The position numbers and the translations under genes were made by a program. DNA of 64,000 nt from an uncultured bacterium. GTDB taxonomy: Bacteria > Omnitrophota > Omnitrophia > Omnitrophales > Aquincolibacteriaceae. This document shows positions 19,090-27,019 of this stretch, in pieces. Every line of letters begins with the position of its first letter. The first letter of the stretch is position 1. Under the pieces are notes generated by a model, which made no database searches, was not told where the DNA came from, and saw nothing but the letters and a program-made list of their open reading frames with translations. The DNA lies in contig CAYZYT010000013.1 of the NCBI GenBank assembly GCA_964482725.1, positions 1,465-65,464 of the forward strand. Reading direction: 5' to 3'.

Positions 19090-19210
19090 TGAAATTGGGG
19101 CTGTCCCAATTCAGATCAATCGAAGCAAATTTGAGATCGGGGCTGCCCTGATTGCCATACCAGAAAAAGAAAACACAAATCAGGGCTGTCCCCACTACCC
19201 CTGATGTAAA
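19090..19210. promoter_or_regulatory. Three tandem small stem-loops sharing a GGGGCTGYCCC core (~42 bp spacing)
   Basis: aattggggctgtcccaatt; atcggggctgccctgat; atcagggctgtcccc...ccctgat. Located between the PEBP-gene stop and the TPR-gene start. Confidence 0.4.
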
Positions 19211-19301
19211 AAAATCAAAAGTTGGGATGGCTGCATGATACCTTATCCAGCACCGTTTTCCATTTGTTTTTAGGGGTTACCGTCTCAAGGAACGAGGCGC
19301 C

Positions 19302-19847
19302 TCAGGAACGCTTGTAGGTTCCTCTCAACATTCCTTCTGCTAAAACACGCCCTTCCATCGTCTTGAGCAGGTCCCGCTTGGTGGCACCGGGCTTTAAATG
19401 AAGCATCGTATCCAGCGCGTAAACCATAAAAGCATAGCGATGCGTGCCGCTTGGGGGACACGGCCCCCCATACCCGATCGCTCCGAAATCATTCTTCCCT
19501 TGAAGCCCTCCCATGGAGAGTTTTTCATCCTTAGGAATTCCGGCAGGAAGCTGCGTCAAAGACGGCGGCAGATCATAAACCAGCCAATGCACCCAATCTC
19601 CGGCCGGAGCATCGGGATCCTCGGCAACGATCACAAGACTTTGCGTTTGGGTCGGAACGCCGGACCATGCGATCGGCGGTGACCTATCGGCTCCGTCGCA
19701 GGTAAAATCTGACGGAATGCTGCCCCGATCCTCGAACGCGGAACTGCGGACTTCGAGCTGTTCCATAAAAAACTCCTCCGTTTGCCCCAAAACAGGAGAG
19801 ATAAATAGCAGACCTAAAACAATAACCGTCATCCTGAGCATCGCGAA
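19302..19847 (-). CDS. YbhB/YbcL-family PEBP (Raf-kinase-inhibitor-like) periplasmic protein
   Basis: Motifs DGADRSPPIAWSGVP, LVIVAEDPDAP, HRYAFMVYALD. The ORF track starts at 19898; the likely start MLRMTVIV lies inside the MITE terminal repeat. Confidence 0.75.
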   Translation of the reverse strand, partial: FAMLRMTVIVLGLLFISPVLGQTEEFFMEQLEVRSSAFEDRGSIPSDFTCDGADRSPPIAWSGVPTQTQSLVIVAEDPDAPAGDWVHWLVYDLPPSLTQLPAGIPKDEKLSMGGLQGKNDFGAIGYGGPCPPSGTHRYAFMVYALDTMLHLKPGATKRDLLKTMEGRVLAEGMLRGTYKRS

Positions 19848-19918
19848 GGATCTCACATTAAAATTCTTCGCCCTGCTGTCCCGCCTCTGGCGGGACAAGC
19901 ATCAGGCTCAGCATGACG
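19826..19918. mobile_element. MITE/REP-like nested palindromic element, copy A
   Basis: ccGTCATCCTGAGCatcGCGAAGGATCTCacattaaaATTCTTCGCCctg[ctgtcccgcctctggcgggacaag]catcaggCTCAGcATGACG. Termini and inner arms are inverted repeats shared with copies B-E. Confidence 0.6.
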
Positions 19919-19993
19919 TGTTTTTTAGAGGCGCTTAAGATTCCTTTCATTCCTTCCTCTATTCGCCGTTCCACGTTACCCGTTCCCCGAATT

Positions 19994-20560
19994 TTACGAC
20001 ATACTCCTGACAGAGATCCGGTCGAGGTAACTCAGATCGTCGGTATTGAGACGGATCGTTTCACCCTCGCTGACAAATTGCGGCACGAGAACGATGAGCC
20101 CGTTCTCGAGTTCAGCCTCCTTGAAATTCGCATCGGATCCCAGCCCCTTCGGCGTGCTCACCACCTTGAGCTCGACGATCTTTGGGAACGCAATACTCAG
20201 GACTTTCCCTTCCCCAAAAAGCACCTCGATCACTTCATTCTCCCGCAGGAACACCTCGTGTTTGCCGACCGCCTTGGCCGACAGGGGAAACTGATCGTAG
20301 CTCTCCATATTCATGAACATGAAATGGTCGCCTTCACGGTAAAGATATTGCATCTTCACAACATGGACATCCACTTCCTCCGCGTTCGCGTCCGCGGACA
20401 TTTTTTTCTCGATCACATTTCCTTCATCAAGGCTCCGGAGCTTCAACATCGCGCTCTTGCCGAATTTCCCTGTCCCGCGAATCTCCTGCGTCAAGACCTT
20501 GCAAAGCTTCCCGTCCACGCGAATCACATTCCCTACCCGTATTTCTGATGCAATGACCAT
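19994..20560 (-). CDS. efp: Elongation factor P
   Basis: 188 aa; MVIASEIRVGNVIRVDGKLCKVLTQEIRGTGKFGKSAMLKLRSL..., typical EF-P length with KOW and OB domains. Confidence 0.9.
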   Translation of the reverse strand: MVIASEIRVGNVIRVDGKLCKVLTQEIRGTGKFGKSAMLKLRSLDEGNVIEKKMSADANAEEVDVHVVKMQYLYREGDHFMFMNMESYDQFPLSAKAVGKHEVFLRENEVIEVLFGEGKVLSIAFPKIVELKVVSTPKGLGSDANFKEAELENGLIVLVPQFVSEGETIRLNTDDLSYLDRISVRSMS

Positions 20561-20596
20561 TTTTATTCCTCCGATTCATTAATCCTTGGCAAGAAA

Positions 20597-21289
20597 TTAC
20601 TGCAAAGGAGTCCAATTCACACTAGAGTTAGAAAAGCCCGTTAAACTACTCGAAATAGCCACTATCCAATAATTTCCTTTCTTGACGGAAAAAGAAACGG
20701 TTCCGTAATAAACTTTTATAGCAGGAGAGACGAGTATACTCATCTGAACGCTATCAACAGCAATGGGGGTGCAATCGCTTAAAGGGCTCGAGCTGCTGCA
20801 GGTGATCCCTTGAATAATGCCGTCCTTTGCAGTGGTGTTTATCTGCACCCATGCAGCCACAAACCCATCGCTCGCCGCGGGGCCATAAGTTGTGTTAGCG
20901 CTCTTCAAACTCGAAGACCCCAGAGACACGCCACCCCCGAGATTCTTCCAGGTGGTACCATCGGTCGTATACTTAAAATTTTCTGAGCCTGATGTATTAT
21001 TATAATAAATACTACCTGCTGCACCGGAGGGGTTCGATACCCCTCCCACAAATGTAAGAACCCCTGTTTGCGGCGTAGTCCCAGTATAGCCTAAGGTAAG
21101 TATCGTGCTTTGGAGCGCGGAATATTCCCCCATCGGCGCGGGATAGTAGGTCGTCAGCTCGATCTTTCCGGCGTAAGCCGAAGGCGCCATCGCTAGAACC
21201 CAAACGATCAGGCTGAATAAAACAGTGGTTTTTAACATAGCAGATCCTTTTTGTTGTTTTATGGCTTTTTTTGAATCCCCTCCGAGCAC
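20597..21289 (-). CDS. Small secreted protein, paralog A of the conserved-N-terminus family
   Basis: Signal peptide MLKTTVLFSLIVWVLAMAPSAYA, then GKIELTTYYPAPMGEY; Ser/Thr/Gly-rich C-terminal domain. N-terminal ~45 codons near-identical at DNA level to 21447..22133 and 24504..25178. Confidence 0.7.
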   Translation of the reverse strand: MLGGDSKKAIKQQKGSAMLKTTVLFSLIVWVLAMAPSAYAGKIELTTYYPAPMGEYSALQSTILTLGYTGTTPQTGVLTFVGGVSNPSGAAGSIYYNNTSGSENFKYTTDGTTWKNLGGGVSLGSSSLKSANTTYGPAASDGFVAAWVQINTTAKDGIIQGITCSSSSPLSDCTPIAVDSVQMSILVSPAIKVYYGTVSFSVKKGNYWIVAISSSLTGFSNSSVNWTPLQ

Positions 21290-21343
21290 TTAGAATCCTC
21301 AGGGACAGGTCTGCTTCGATTTTCCAGACCTGTCCCTGCAGTC
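21241..21343 (-). promoter_or_regulatory. Conserved ~105-bp 5' leader (copy 1) with perfect 10-bp inverted repeat GGACAGGTCT/AGACCTGTCC
   Basis: ...tgttgttttatggcttttttt...cttagaatcc...ggacaggtctgcttcgattttccagacctgtccctgcagtcaa; near-identical copy at 22134..22240. Confidence 0.6.
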
Positions 21344-21415
21344 AAGACCTTGCAAAGCTTCCCATCCTCCCGGATCACATTCCCCACCCAAATATCCGAT
21401 GCACCGATCGTTTAT
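21340..21415 (-). pseudogene. Degenerate duplicate of the efp 5' end (first ~25 codons plus a few upstream bases)
   Basis: 21342-21412 (agtcaagaccttgcaaagcttcccatcctcccggatcacattccccacccaaatatccgatgcaccgatcg) is ~80% identical to efp 20489-20560 (cgtcaagaccttgcaaagcttcccgtccacgcgaatcacattccctacccgtatttctgatgcaatgaccat). Confidence 0.6.
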
Positions 21416-21446
21416 GCCTACTCAGCTTAAGAACACGATCCGATGA

Positions 21447-22133
21447 CTAATACTTAATGCAGTAAACCACCGCCCGATTTTTGGGCCGAGTTTCTGTACC
21501 GCCCGTCCCCTCCGTAGTACCCCCTTGTCTTCCATAATGGACCGTAGAACCACTCGAGAAATAAAAGACAGGACTGCTTGTCCCCCATATAGCGCCGTTT
21601 GCAGTATGCGCATGTGATTTGAAATCATCGGTTTGGATTGACCCGAGGGTCCGTGTCGCGACGTCAGGGTCCACCCCGCCCAATCCGCGCAGGAAATAAC
21701 CGCGATAATCCGGAAGATTAAATGTGGAACTTCCGTCGCCCGTTCCATGGGTCGTCCCAATAGCGGCAAAAAGAGCCGCGTAGTTCGATCTTGATACCGC
21801 CGCGCCGTTACAAACCAGCCATCCAGACGGAGCCGCGGACATGGCAAAAGCCGAAACCATACCGGGAGGATTCCCGCCTGTGGTTCCCCAAGAGCTTCCA
21901 TCGCAAACCTGAACCTGATTGGTCGAGGAATCGTAGTACATCATCCCTTCTGCCGCGGCATTACACACGGGCTGTGACTTCGGAACAAGCTTGAGGGTGT
22001 TACTCTGCAACGTATCATACTCTCCCATGGGTGCGGGATAGTAAGTCGTCAGCTCCACTTTCCCGGCATACACGGACGGCGTCATCGCCAGAACCCAAAC
22101 GATCAAGCTGAATAAAACCGTGTTTTTAAACAT
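21447..22133 (-). CDS. Secreted phage tail-collar (MdpB-like) domain protein, paralog B
   Basis: Signal peptide + GKVELTTYYPAPMGEY; C-terminal LVCNGAAVSRSNYAALFAAIGTTHGTGDGSSTFNLPDYRGYFLRG...ETRPKNRAVVYCIKY matches the tail-collar / microcystin-dependent-protein fold. Confidence 0.75.
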   Translation of the reverse strand: MFKNTVLFSLIVWVLAMTPSVYAGKVELTTYYPAPMGEYDTLQSNTLKLVPKSQPVCNAAAEGMMYYDSSTNQVQVCDGSSWGTTGGNPPGMVSAFAMSAAPSGWLVCNGAAVSRSNYAALFAAIGTTHGTGDGSSTFNLPDYRGYFLRGLGGVDPDVATRTLGSIQTDDFKSHAHTANGAIWGTSSPVFYFSSGSTVHYGRQGGTTEGTGGTETRPKNRAVVYCIKY

Positions 22134-22240
22134 TGGAGATCCTTTTTGTTGTTTTATGGCTTTTTTCGAATCAACTTCGGATACTTAGAATCCGGAAGGA
22201 CAGGTCTACTTCGCTTTTCCAGACCTGTCCCTGCAGTCAA
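22134..22240 (-). promoter_or_regulatory. Conserved 5' leader (copy 2) with GGACAGGTCT...AGACCTGTCC palindrome
   Basis: ggagatcctttttgttgttttatggcttttttcgaatc...cttagaatcc...ggacaggtctacttcgcttttccagacctgtccctgcagtcaa; the CYTH-gene stop codon lies in the terminal tcaa. Confidence 0.6.
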
Positions 22241-22743
22241 CGCTTCCATCCAAACATCATCTGAAGATAAGATCTTTCTTCTCGATCTGTACGCGTGAGG
22301 CCCAGTCTCTTTTCAATCTTTTTGATGGATTGAGACTGCCCTTCGATCTCAAGAAAACGGCCGAATCCGGGCAATCGGTCTAATGTGATATGACTCTTGC
22401 CGAGGCGGTAAAGCTCTCTTTCTTTTTTGTAACACATGACGACTTTGAACCCCGCAAGGCACAGAATCTTTTTCATCAGAATATAATCCACAGGCGTTTC
22501 GATCTCCAGGCGCTTCGTAAATTCGGCTTTCATCCGCGACCCTTTAAGCGTCAGCGTAGCATCCTTCCCGTACTTCCGGAGCCGCATAGCAAGGCATTTC
22601 CCTCTGAGGTCTCCGTCCCGGTCAAAGAACTCGTTCGACTCGAATCCTCCGGCAACCTTCTTAGCGCCTATTTTTTGAAGCAGACCCCGAACCCGTTTCG
22701 GATCCTTCAGACGATATTTCTGTTCGATCTCAAAAAATCTCAT
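22237..22743 (-). CDS. CYTH-domain protein (CyaB-like class IV adenylate cyclase / triphosphate tunnel metalloenzyme)
   Basis: 168 aa; MRFFEIEQKYRL... N-terminal EIE.K motif, basic residues and the LEIE motif typical of CYTH. Confidence 0.65.
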   Translation of the reverse strand: MRFFEIEQKYRLKDPKRVRGLLQKIGAKKVAGGFESNEFFDRDGDLRGKCLAMRLRKYGKDATLTLKGSRMKAEFTKRLEIETPVDYILMKKILCLAGFKVVMCYKKERELYRLGKSHITLDRLPGFGRFLEIEGQSQSIKKIEKRLGLTRTDREERSYLQMMFGWKR

Positions 22744-22845
22744 AGACTCTAAACGCCTCGCTATAACAGCTTATCCCGTAGGGCAGGTTTTCCGCCTGCA
22801 AAGCAGGACGGATTCGTCAAACACCAAGCCGTCCGCTGAAAAACT

Positions 22846-22925
22846 CCGTCATCCTGAAACGATGCGCTGCATCGCGAAGGATCTCCGCTCGAGATTCTTC
22901 GCCCTCTCCGGGGCTCAGAATGACG
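22846..22925. mobile_element. MITE/REP-like nested palindromic element, copy B
   Basis: ccGTCATCCTGAaacgatgcgctgcatcGCGAAGGATCTCcgctcGAGATTCTTCGCCctctccggGGCTCAGAATGACG. Confidence 0.6.
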
Positions 22926-22949
22926 CGGGCCGGATTTTTCAGCAACCAG

Positions 22950-23504
22950 CTACGCCTGGATCAACATTTTATCGCGGACATTGTCGGCCAGGTCTTTTCC
23001 CACAAGTCGGGTAGCGATCACAAGCGCAAATTCCAGAGCCGTACCGGGGCCCTGGCTTGTGATAATATTCCCGTCCACCACCACTCGTTCCTTGGAATGA
23101 ATGGTCGTACTCGAAAAATCCGCTTCACAACCCGGATAGCAGGTCGCCTTCTTACCCTCGAGGATACCCAACGGCGCTAACACAACCGCCGGAGCGGCGC
23201 AGATCGCGGCCACGAGCTTTCCTTCGGCATTCATTCTTTTGATAAATTTCGAAACTTCTTCGGACTTGGCGAGATTCGTAGCTCCCGGAAGCCCTCCGGG
23301 AAGGATCACGACGTCGGGAAGGTCCTGGATATCTTTCAGAAGTGCGTCCGCGTGAATTCCGATCTTCCTTGAACTCGAAACAAGTCTGGAGTCTACGCCG
23401 GCCAAGGTCACCCGGACCCCTGCACGCCTCAGGACATCGATCGGCGCGATCGCTTCAAGTTCTTCAAACCCCTCTGCGAGAATCACAACCGCTGTTTTTG
23501 GCAT
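22950..23504 (-). CDS. DJ-1/PfpI family protein
   Basis: 184 aa; VAAICAAPAVVLAPLGILEGKKATCYPG (nucleophile-elbow Cys), VVILPGGLPG. Confidence 0.8.
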   Translation of the reverse strand: MPKTAVVILAEGFEELEAIAPIDVLRRAGVRVTLAGVDSRLVSSSRKIGIHADALLKDIQDLPDVVILPGGLPGATNLAKSEEVSKFIKRMNAEGKLVAAICAAPAVVLAPLGILEGKKATCYPGCEADFSSTTIHSKERVVVDGNIITSQGPGTALEFALVIATRLVGKDLADNVRDKMLIQA

Positions 23505-23515
23505 AGCCGCCCCTT

Positions 23516-23941
23516 TTACTGAGGTCCTGGATTTTGCGCATTCGGATCAACTTGTTCCACCACAAGCTTCTTCTGCCCGAAGATCCTGTCATTGGCAAAG
23601 ATCCGGAATTCATAATTCCCCGCGTGCATGAAACGCACCCCCCGGAGGTTAAACACCAGCTCATGTGCGTCGAGAGGACTCGGGACGCGCACTTCTTCCG
23701 GCATTTCGCTTTTGCCGATCATAGCATCACTTTGCAGGTCTACGAGTTCCAGCCGGAAGTGATAGCCCCCCTGCGCATCCGTCAGCTTGATATAGACGGA
23801 CATCGCAAAATGTGTGCAGGGAAACGTGGCCGCGCCGATATTCTCAAAAACCCCGATCAGACTTTTTTTGTTCGTGCCGCGCTCCGTGATCACGTAATCG
23901 CAGATGAGCATGGCGTTCGTTTTAGGTGTAGGAGATGTCAT
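23516..23941 (-). CDS. Hypothetical protein
   Basis: 141 aa ORF, no recognised motifs. Confidence 0.45.
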   Translation of the reverse strand: MTSPTPKTNAMLICDYVITERGTNKKSLIGVFENIGAATFPCTHFAMSVYIKLTDAQGGYHFRLELVDLQSDAMIGKSEMPEEVRVPSPLDAHELVFNLRGVRFMHAGNYEFRIFANDRIFGQKKLVVEQVDPNAQNPGPQ

Positions 23942-23974
23942 AAAACCCTTTCGTTAGGCCGCCCAACATAATGA

Positions 23975-24040
23975 CCGTCATCCTGAGCGAAGCGAAGGAT
24001 CTCGCTTCGGGATTCTTCGCCCTACGGGCTCAGAATGACG
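23975..24040. mobile_element. MITE/REP-like nested palindromic element, copy C (compact form)
   Basis: ccGTCATCCTGAGCgaaGCGAAGGATCTCgcttcgGGATTCTTCGCCctacgGGCTCAGAATGACG. Confidence 0.65.
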
Positions 24041-24076
24041 CATTTTGTTAATGGCTCTTAATAGTTTTTTAAAAAT

Positions 24077-24364
24077 CTATCCAAATTTATAATGTTTCTT
24101 AACAGCTCGCTTGATATTCCAAACGCATTTCAGCCCCTGGGGGAATGTCACAAGATCCCCTTTGCCAAACGAGACCTCGCCCTCTGGAGTCTTCACAATC
24201 ACCTCGCCCTCCAGAAAATAGCAAATCTCTTGCTCATCGTAATACCAGTCAAAGCTCGAGACCTCTTTCGTCCAGATGGGCCATGAAAACACTCCCAGGG
24301 CATTCAGCTTTTCGCTCGTGGGTTTTTCCACCAAAATCTTCAAGGTCGCTTTTCCTGCCGCCAC
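24077..24364 (-). CDS. Cupin-domain protein (small, single barrel)
   Basis: 95 aa; ...WPIWTKEVSSFDWYYDEQEICYFLEGEVIVKTPEGEVSFGKGDLVTFPQG..., cupin-like strands. Confidence 0.55.
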   Translation of the reverse strand: MAAGKATLKILVEKPTSEKLNALGVFSWPIWTKEVSSFDWYYDEQEICYFLEGEVIVKTPEGEVSFGKGDLVTFPQGLKCVWNIKRAVKKHYKFG

Positions 24365-24503
24365 GATACGCCTCTCGCGTTTTTAAGAGGAACGCCGTTA
24401 AGCCCCGGACTTAAAAAGATTTTCAAAGTGGGTTCATATTTCCGGCTTTTAAGTGCCTTTGGCCTGTCTGTCCCATAGGAGTATTTCTACTTTGGTTGGA
24501 CAC

Positions 24504-25178
24504 TTATTCCCATAAAAGAAGGCGCCAATAGCCTGTGTTATATGTATTCTCAGCATAAGTAGTTTCATTGTAATATCTAAACAGTGGCGTGCCGGTTTTA
24601 ATAGTAAATATAACCGTAGAACTGGTTAATCTGACGGTTACGGGATTGGATAATCCATATGTGTTTATTGATCTGGAATAAATAGAAGCGGGTGAAGAAG
24701 AAGTAGCAAAAAACAATTCCGTTCTCCTGGGGAGGACCCCGAGCTGATGCGAAAAAGTGGTTAAATGGTCGTCAGTTGTATTATCCGCAACCCAGCCCGA
24801 ATCATAATCTGGCTCTGCCCCTCCCAAATTCTTCCAGCTAGAACCGTCGCTGTAAAGCATCCCGCCAACACCCGCTCCATTGCCGTCTGAACTGTATCTT
24901 ATTGAACCCGCTGTGCCGCCACTTTGAGCGCCGGCGTTGCCGGTGACCGGAGCCAGCGTCAGAGTATTATCCACAGCTAGAATCGCATGATTCGTGGTCG
25001 ATCCCACATTAACACCCCCCGACGTAGAAGCAAAAGCTGCGTTCTCCGTAGTGCTTAATGTTTTATATTCTCCGTACGGCGCAGGATAGTAGGTCGTCAG
25101 CTCCACTTTCCCGGCATAAGCAGATGGCGTCATTGCCAGGATCAAAAAAATCATGGTTGTTTTTTGGATCAGGCGCAT
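24504..25178 (-). CDS. Small secreted protein, paralog C of the conserved-N-terminus family
   Basis: Signal peptide ...MIFLILAMTPSAYA + GKVELTTYYPAPYGEY; shares a G-[SM]-[IM]-[YR]-Y...DGS[ST]W[KG]NLGG-type motif with paralogs A/B; unrelated C-terminus. DNA 25085-25140 is ~90% identical to 22030-22085. Confidence 0.7.
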   Translation of the reverse strand: MRLIQKTTMIFLILAMTPSAYAGKVELTTYYPAPYGEYKTLSTTENAAFASTSGGVNVGSTTNHAILAVDNTLTLAPVTGNAGAQSGGTAGSIRYSSDGNGAGVGGMLYSDGSSWKNLGGAEPDYDSGWVADNTTDDHLTTFSHQLGVLPRRTELFFATSSSPASIYSRSINTYGLSNPVTVRLTSSTVIFTIKTGTPLFRYYNETTYAENTYNTGYWRLLLWE

Positions 25179-25211
25179 GCAACTCCCCCTTTTTTACTTC
25201 ATTTGCAGCAT

Positions 25212-25883
25212 TTATTTCCTGAACTTTTCAAGCCACCCGCAGTATTCACACTCCGGCGCAGCCTTGGGCGCAGGACCTGTGAGGATCGCGAGCGCCTGGT
25301 GGAACAATTCCTTCGCGCGTTTAACGTCCGTTGCAATCCGAATCGGTTGGATCTCAAACCCCACCTTACCGTGCTCCCCGACCTCTTTGGGCGAGTAATA
25401 AAGAAGAAATCCGTAGCCGGCGGTTTTGAGTCCGTTCCCCTCGAGCATCAGCGCGTAACAATCCAGCTGGGTTTGATAATACTTGGTCGCGTCCTCTTCA
25501 TTCGTGGGCGAGCCCTTGGTCTTGTAGTCGAACGGAACATAAGCACCCTCCTTCACAAGCAGATCATCGAGCATGCCTGAGAGCACTTCCCCGTTCTCAT
25601 GGTATTGGAGCCCGGTACGCCAGGCACGCCATCTCTCGAGCTGGGCCTGATCGTCATAAAGATGAATGCCTTTGAAAGCGTCAATGCGAAGTTCCGGAGG
25701 AAGTATTCCCTTGGCGCGAAAGGTATCGAAATAGGTCTTGATCACGCGGTCCATGCCTCCCGGAAGCGAGGGGAAAATACCGCGAGGCCGCTTGATTCCC
25801 TTCACCTTCTCCAGCCAGAAACACCGCGGACAATTCTTGAAAAGGCTCAACGCAGATGGAGATAACGTGACTTTCTTTGTCAT
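25212..25883 (-). CDS. PD-(D/E)XK nuclease family protein (RecB-like exonuclease domain with Cys cluster)
   Basis: 223 aa; N-terminal SPSALSLFKNCPRCFWL, DYK catalytic triad region, C-terminal CEYCGW, pattern of the PDDEXK_1 / Cas4-like fold. Confidence 0.6.
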   Translation of the reverse strand: MTKKVTLSPSALSLFKNCPRCFWLEKVKGIKRPRGIFPSLPGGMDRVIKTYFDTFRAKGILPPELRIDAFKGIHLYDDQAQLERWRAWRTGLQYHENGEVLSGMLDDLLVKEGAYVPFDYKTKGSPTNEEDATKYYQTQLDCYALMLEGNGLKTAGYGFLLYYSPKEVGEHGKVGFEIQPIRIATDVKRAKELFHQALAILTGPAPKAAPECEYCGWLEKFRK

Positions 25884-25951
25884 GGGCTCCTCAAAAATGG
25901 AATGGCGTGATTATATATCTGCAGTCTGCCCAATAGCCAGCGATTTACAAT

Positions 25952-26027
25952 CGGATGGATGGGATCGGAGGGTGGATGGAGAAAAACCAAGCCTGTCGCC
26001 ATCCGTCATCCGCCATCCTCCATCCGT
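25952..26027. repeat. GGATGG/CCATCC-rich long hairpin element, copy 1 (distal arm overlaps 3' end of the PflX-like gene)
   Basis: ggatggatgggatcggagggtggatggag-aaaaaccaagcctgt-cgccatccgtcatccgccatcctccatccg. Confidence 0.5.
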
Positions 26028-27013
26028 CTTTTGTTTCCAGGGAACGGATCTTCGGGATCCTTGAAATCCGGCAGAAAGGCGGTCTCTTCTTTCAATTCCT
26101 GCGTGTAAACTTTTTCAAACCCGAGCTTCTCCACGAGTTCCAGAACCTGTTCGTATTCCCCGGAGCTGAGGGCCCGCTGAAGTTTGTCCCTCTGGAAACA
26201 GCCCGGCACCGGCCGGAATTGGCTCATGATCGAGAGCGGGAGTCCGGAGCCGAACTCCCTGTGAAGAATCCTCAGGACTTTCAGACTGTTTTCGACATAG
26301 CCCGGTAAAACCAGATGACGAACAAGGACTCCGCGCCGAGCGGTCTCCGCGCCCAAAACATCCCACGGCTCCAGAAAACCTTTGAGCTTCACCATTTCGT
26401 GAATGGCTTTTAAAGCAATCTCCGGATATCGCGCGTCCCCCATACAGATTTTCGCAAGCTCCGGCTCCGCGAATTTAAAATCCGGAAGGAAAATATCCAT
26501 GAATTCGGAATACTCTTTCACCATTTCCGGCTTCTGATATCCGGAACAGTTGAAGAGCTTTTGCACTTCAACCCCTTCTTCCCGCAACGCATGACAGAGC
26601 GACTGGATATGCGGCCAGAAATGGTCCGGCGTTACGAAATTCAGATTATGGACGTTTTTCAGAAGAAGCGCCCGAACCTCCGACAGAAGTTCCGCGGGCG
26701 TGATCGTGCGCCCGTCATGCTGGATCGAGATCTGGTAGTTTTGGCAGAAAAAGCACTGGCTGGAGCAACCGCTAAAGAAGACCGTCCCGGAACCCCGGGA
26801 TCCCGTGAAGGAAGGTTCTTCTCCGAAGTGAGGCCCTATGAAAGAAACGCGGCAGGCCGGAACCCCTTGCTTCCGGCACGCTCGCGGGAACTTGATGTTC
26901 CCGGCTTCGCAGATCGCGCTCTCCCCGCAGAAACCTAAAGGGCCTTTCGTGCGATCAACTTTACAATCGCGAGGACACAGAGTGCAATGCTGATAGGCCT
27001 CAAAAGAGCTCAT
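26006..27013 (-). CDS. Radical SAM protein, PflX-like (putative pyruvate formate-lyase activating enzyme family)
   Basis: 335 aa; N-terminal CTLCPRDCKVDRTKGPLGFCGE motif; radical SAM CSSQCFFC (CxxxCxxC). Confidence 0.75.
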   Translation of the reverse strand: MSSFEAYQHCTLCPRDCKVDRTKGPLGFCGESAICEAGNIKFPRACRKQGVPACRVSFIGPHFGEEPSFTGSRGSGTVFFSGCSSQCFFCQNYQISIQHDGRTITPAELLSEVRALLLKNVHNLNFVTPDHFWPHIQSLCHALREEGVEVQKLFNCSGYQKPEMVKEYSEFMDIFLPDFKFAEPELAKICMGDARYPEIALKAIHEMVKLKGFLEPWDVLGAETARRGVLVRHLVLPGYVENSLKVLRILHREFGSGLPLSIMSQFRPVPGCFQRDKLQRALSSGEYEQVLELVEKLGFEKVYTQELKEETAFLPDFKDPEDPFPGNKRRMEDGG

Positions 27014-27019
27014 GGAGGA

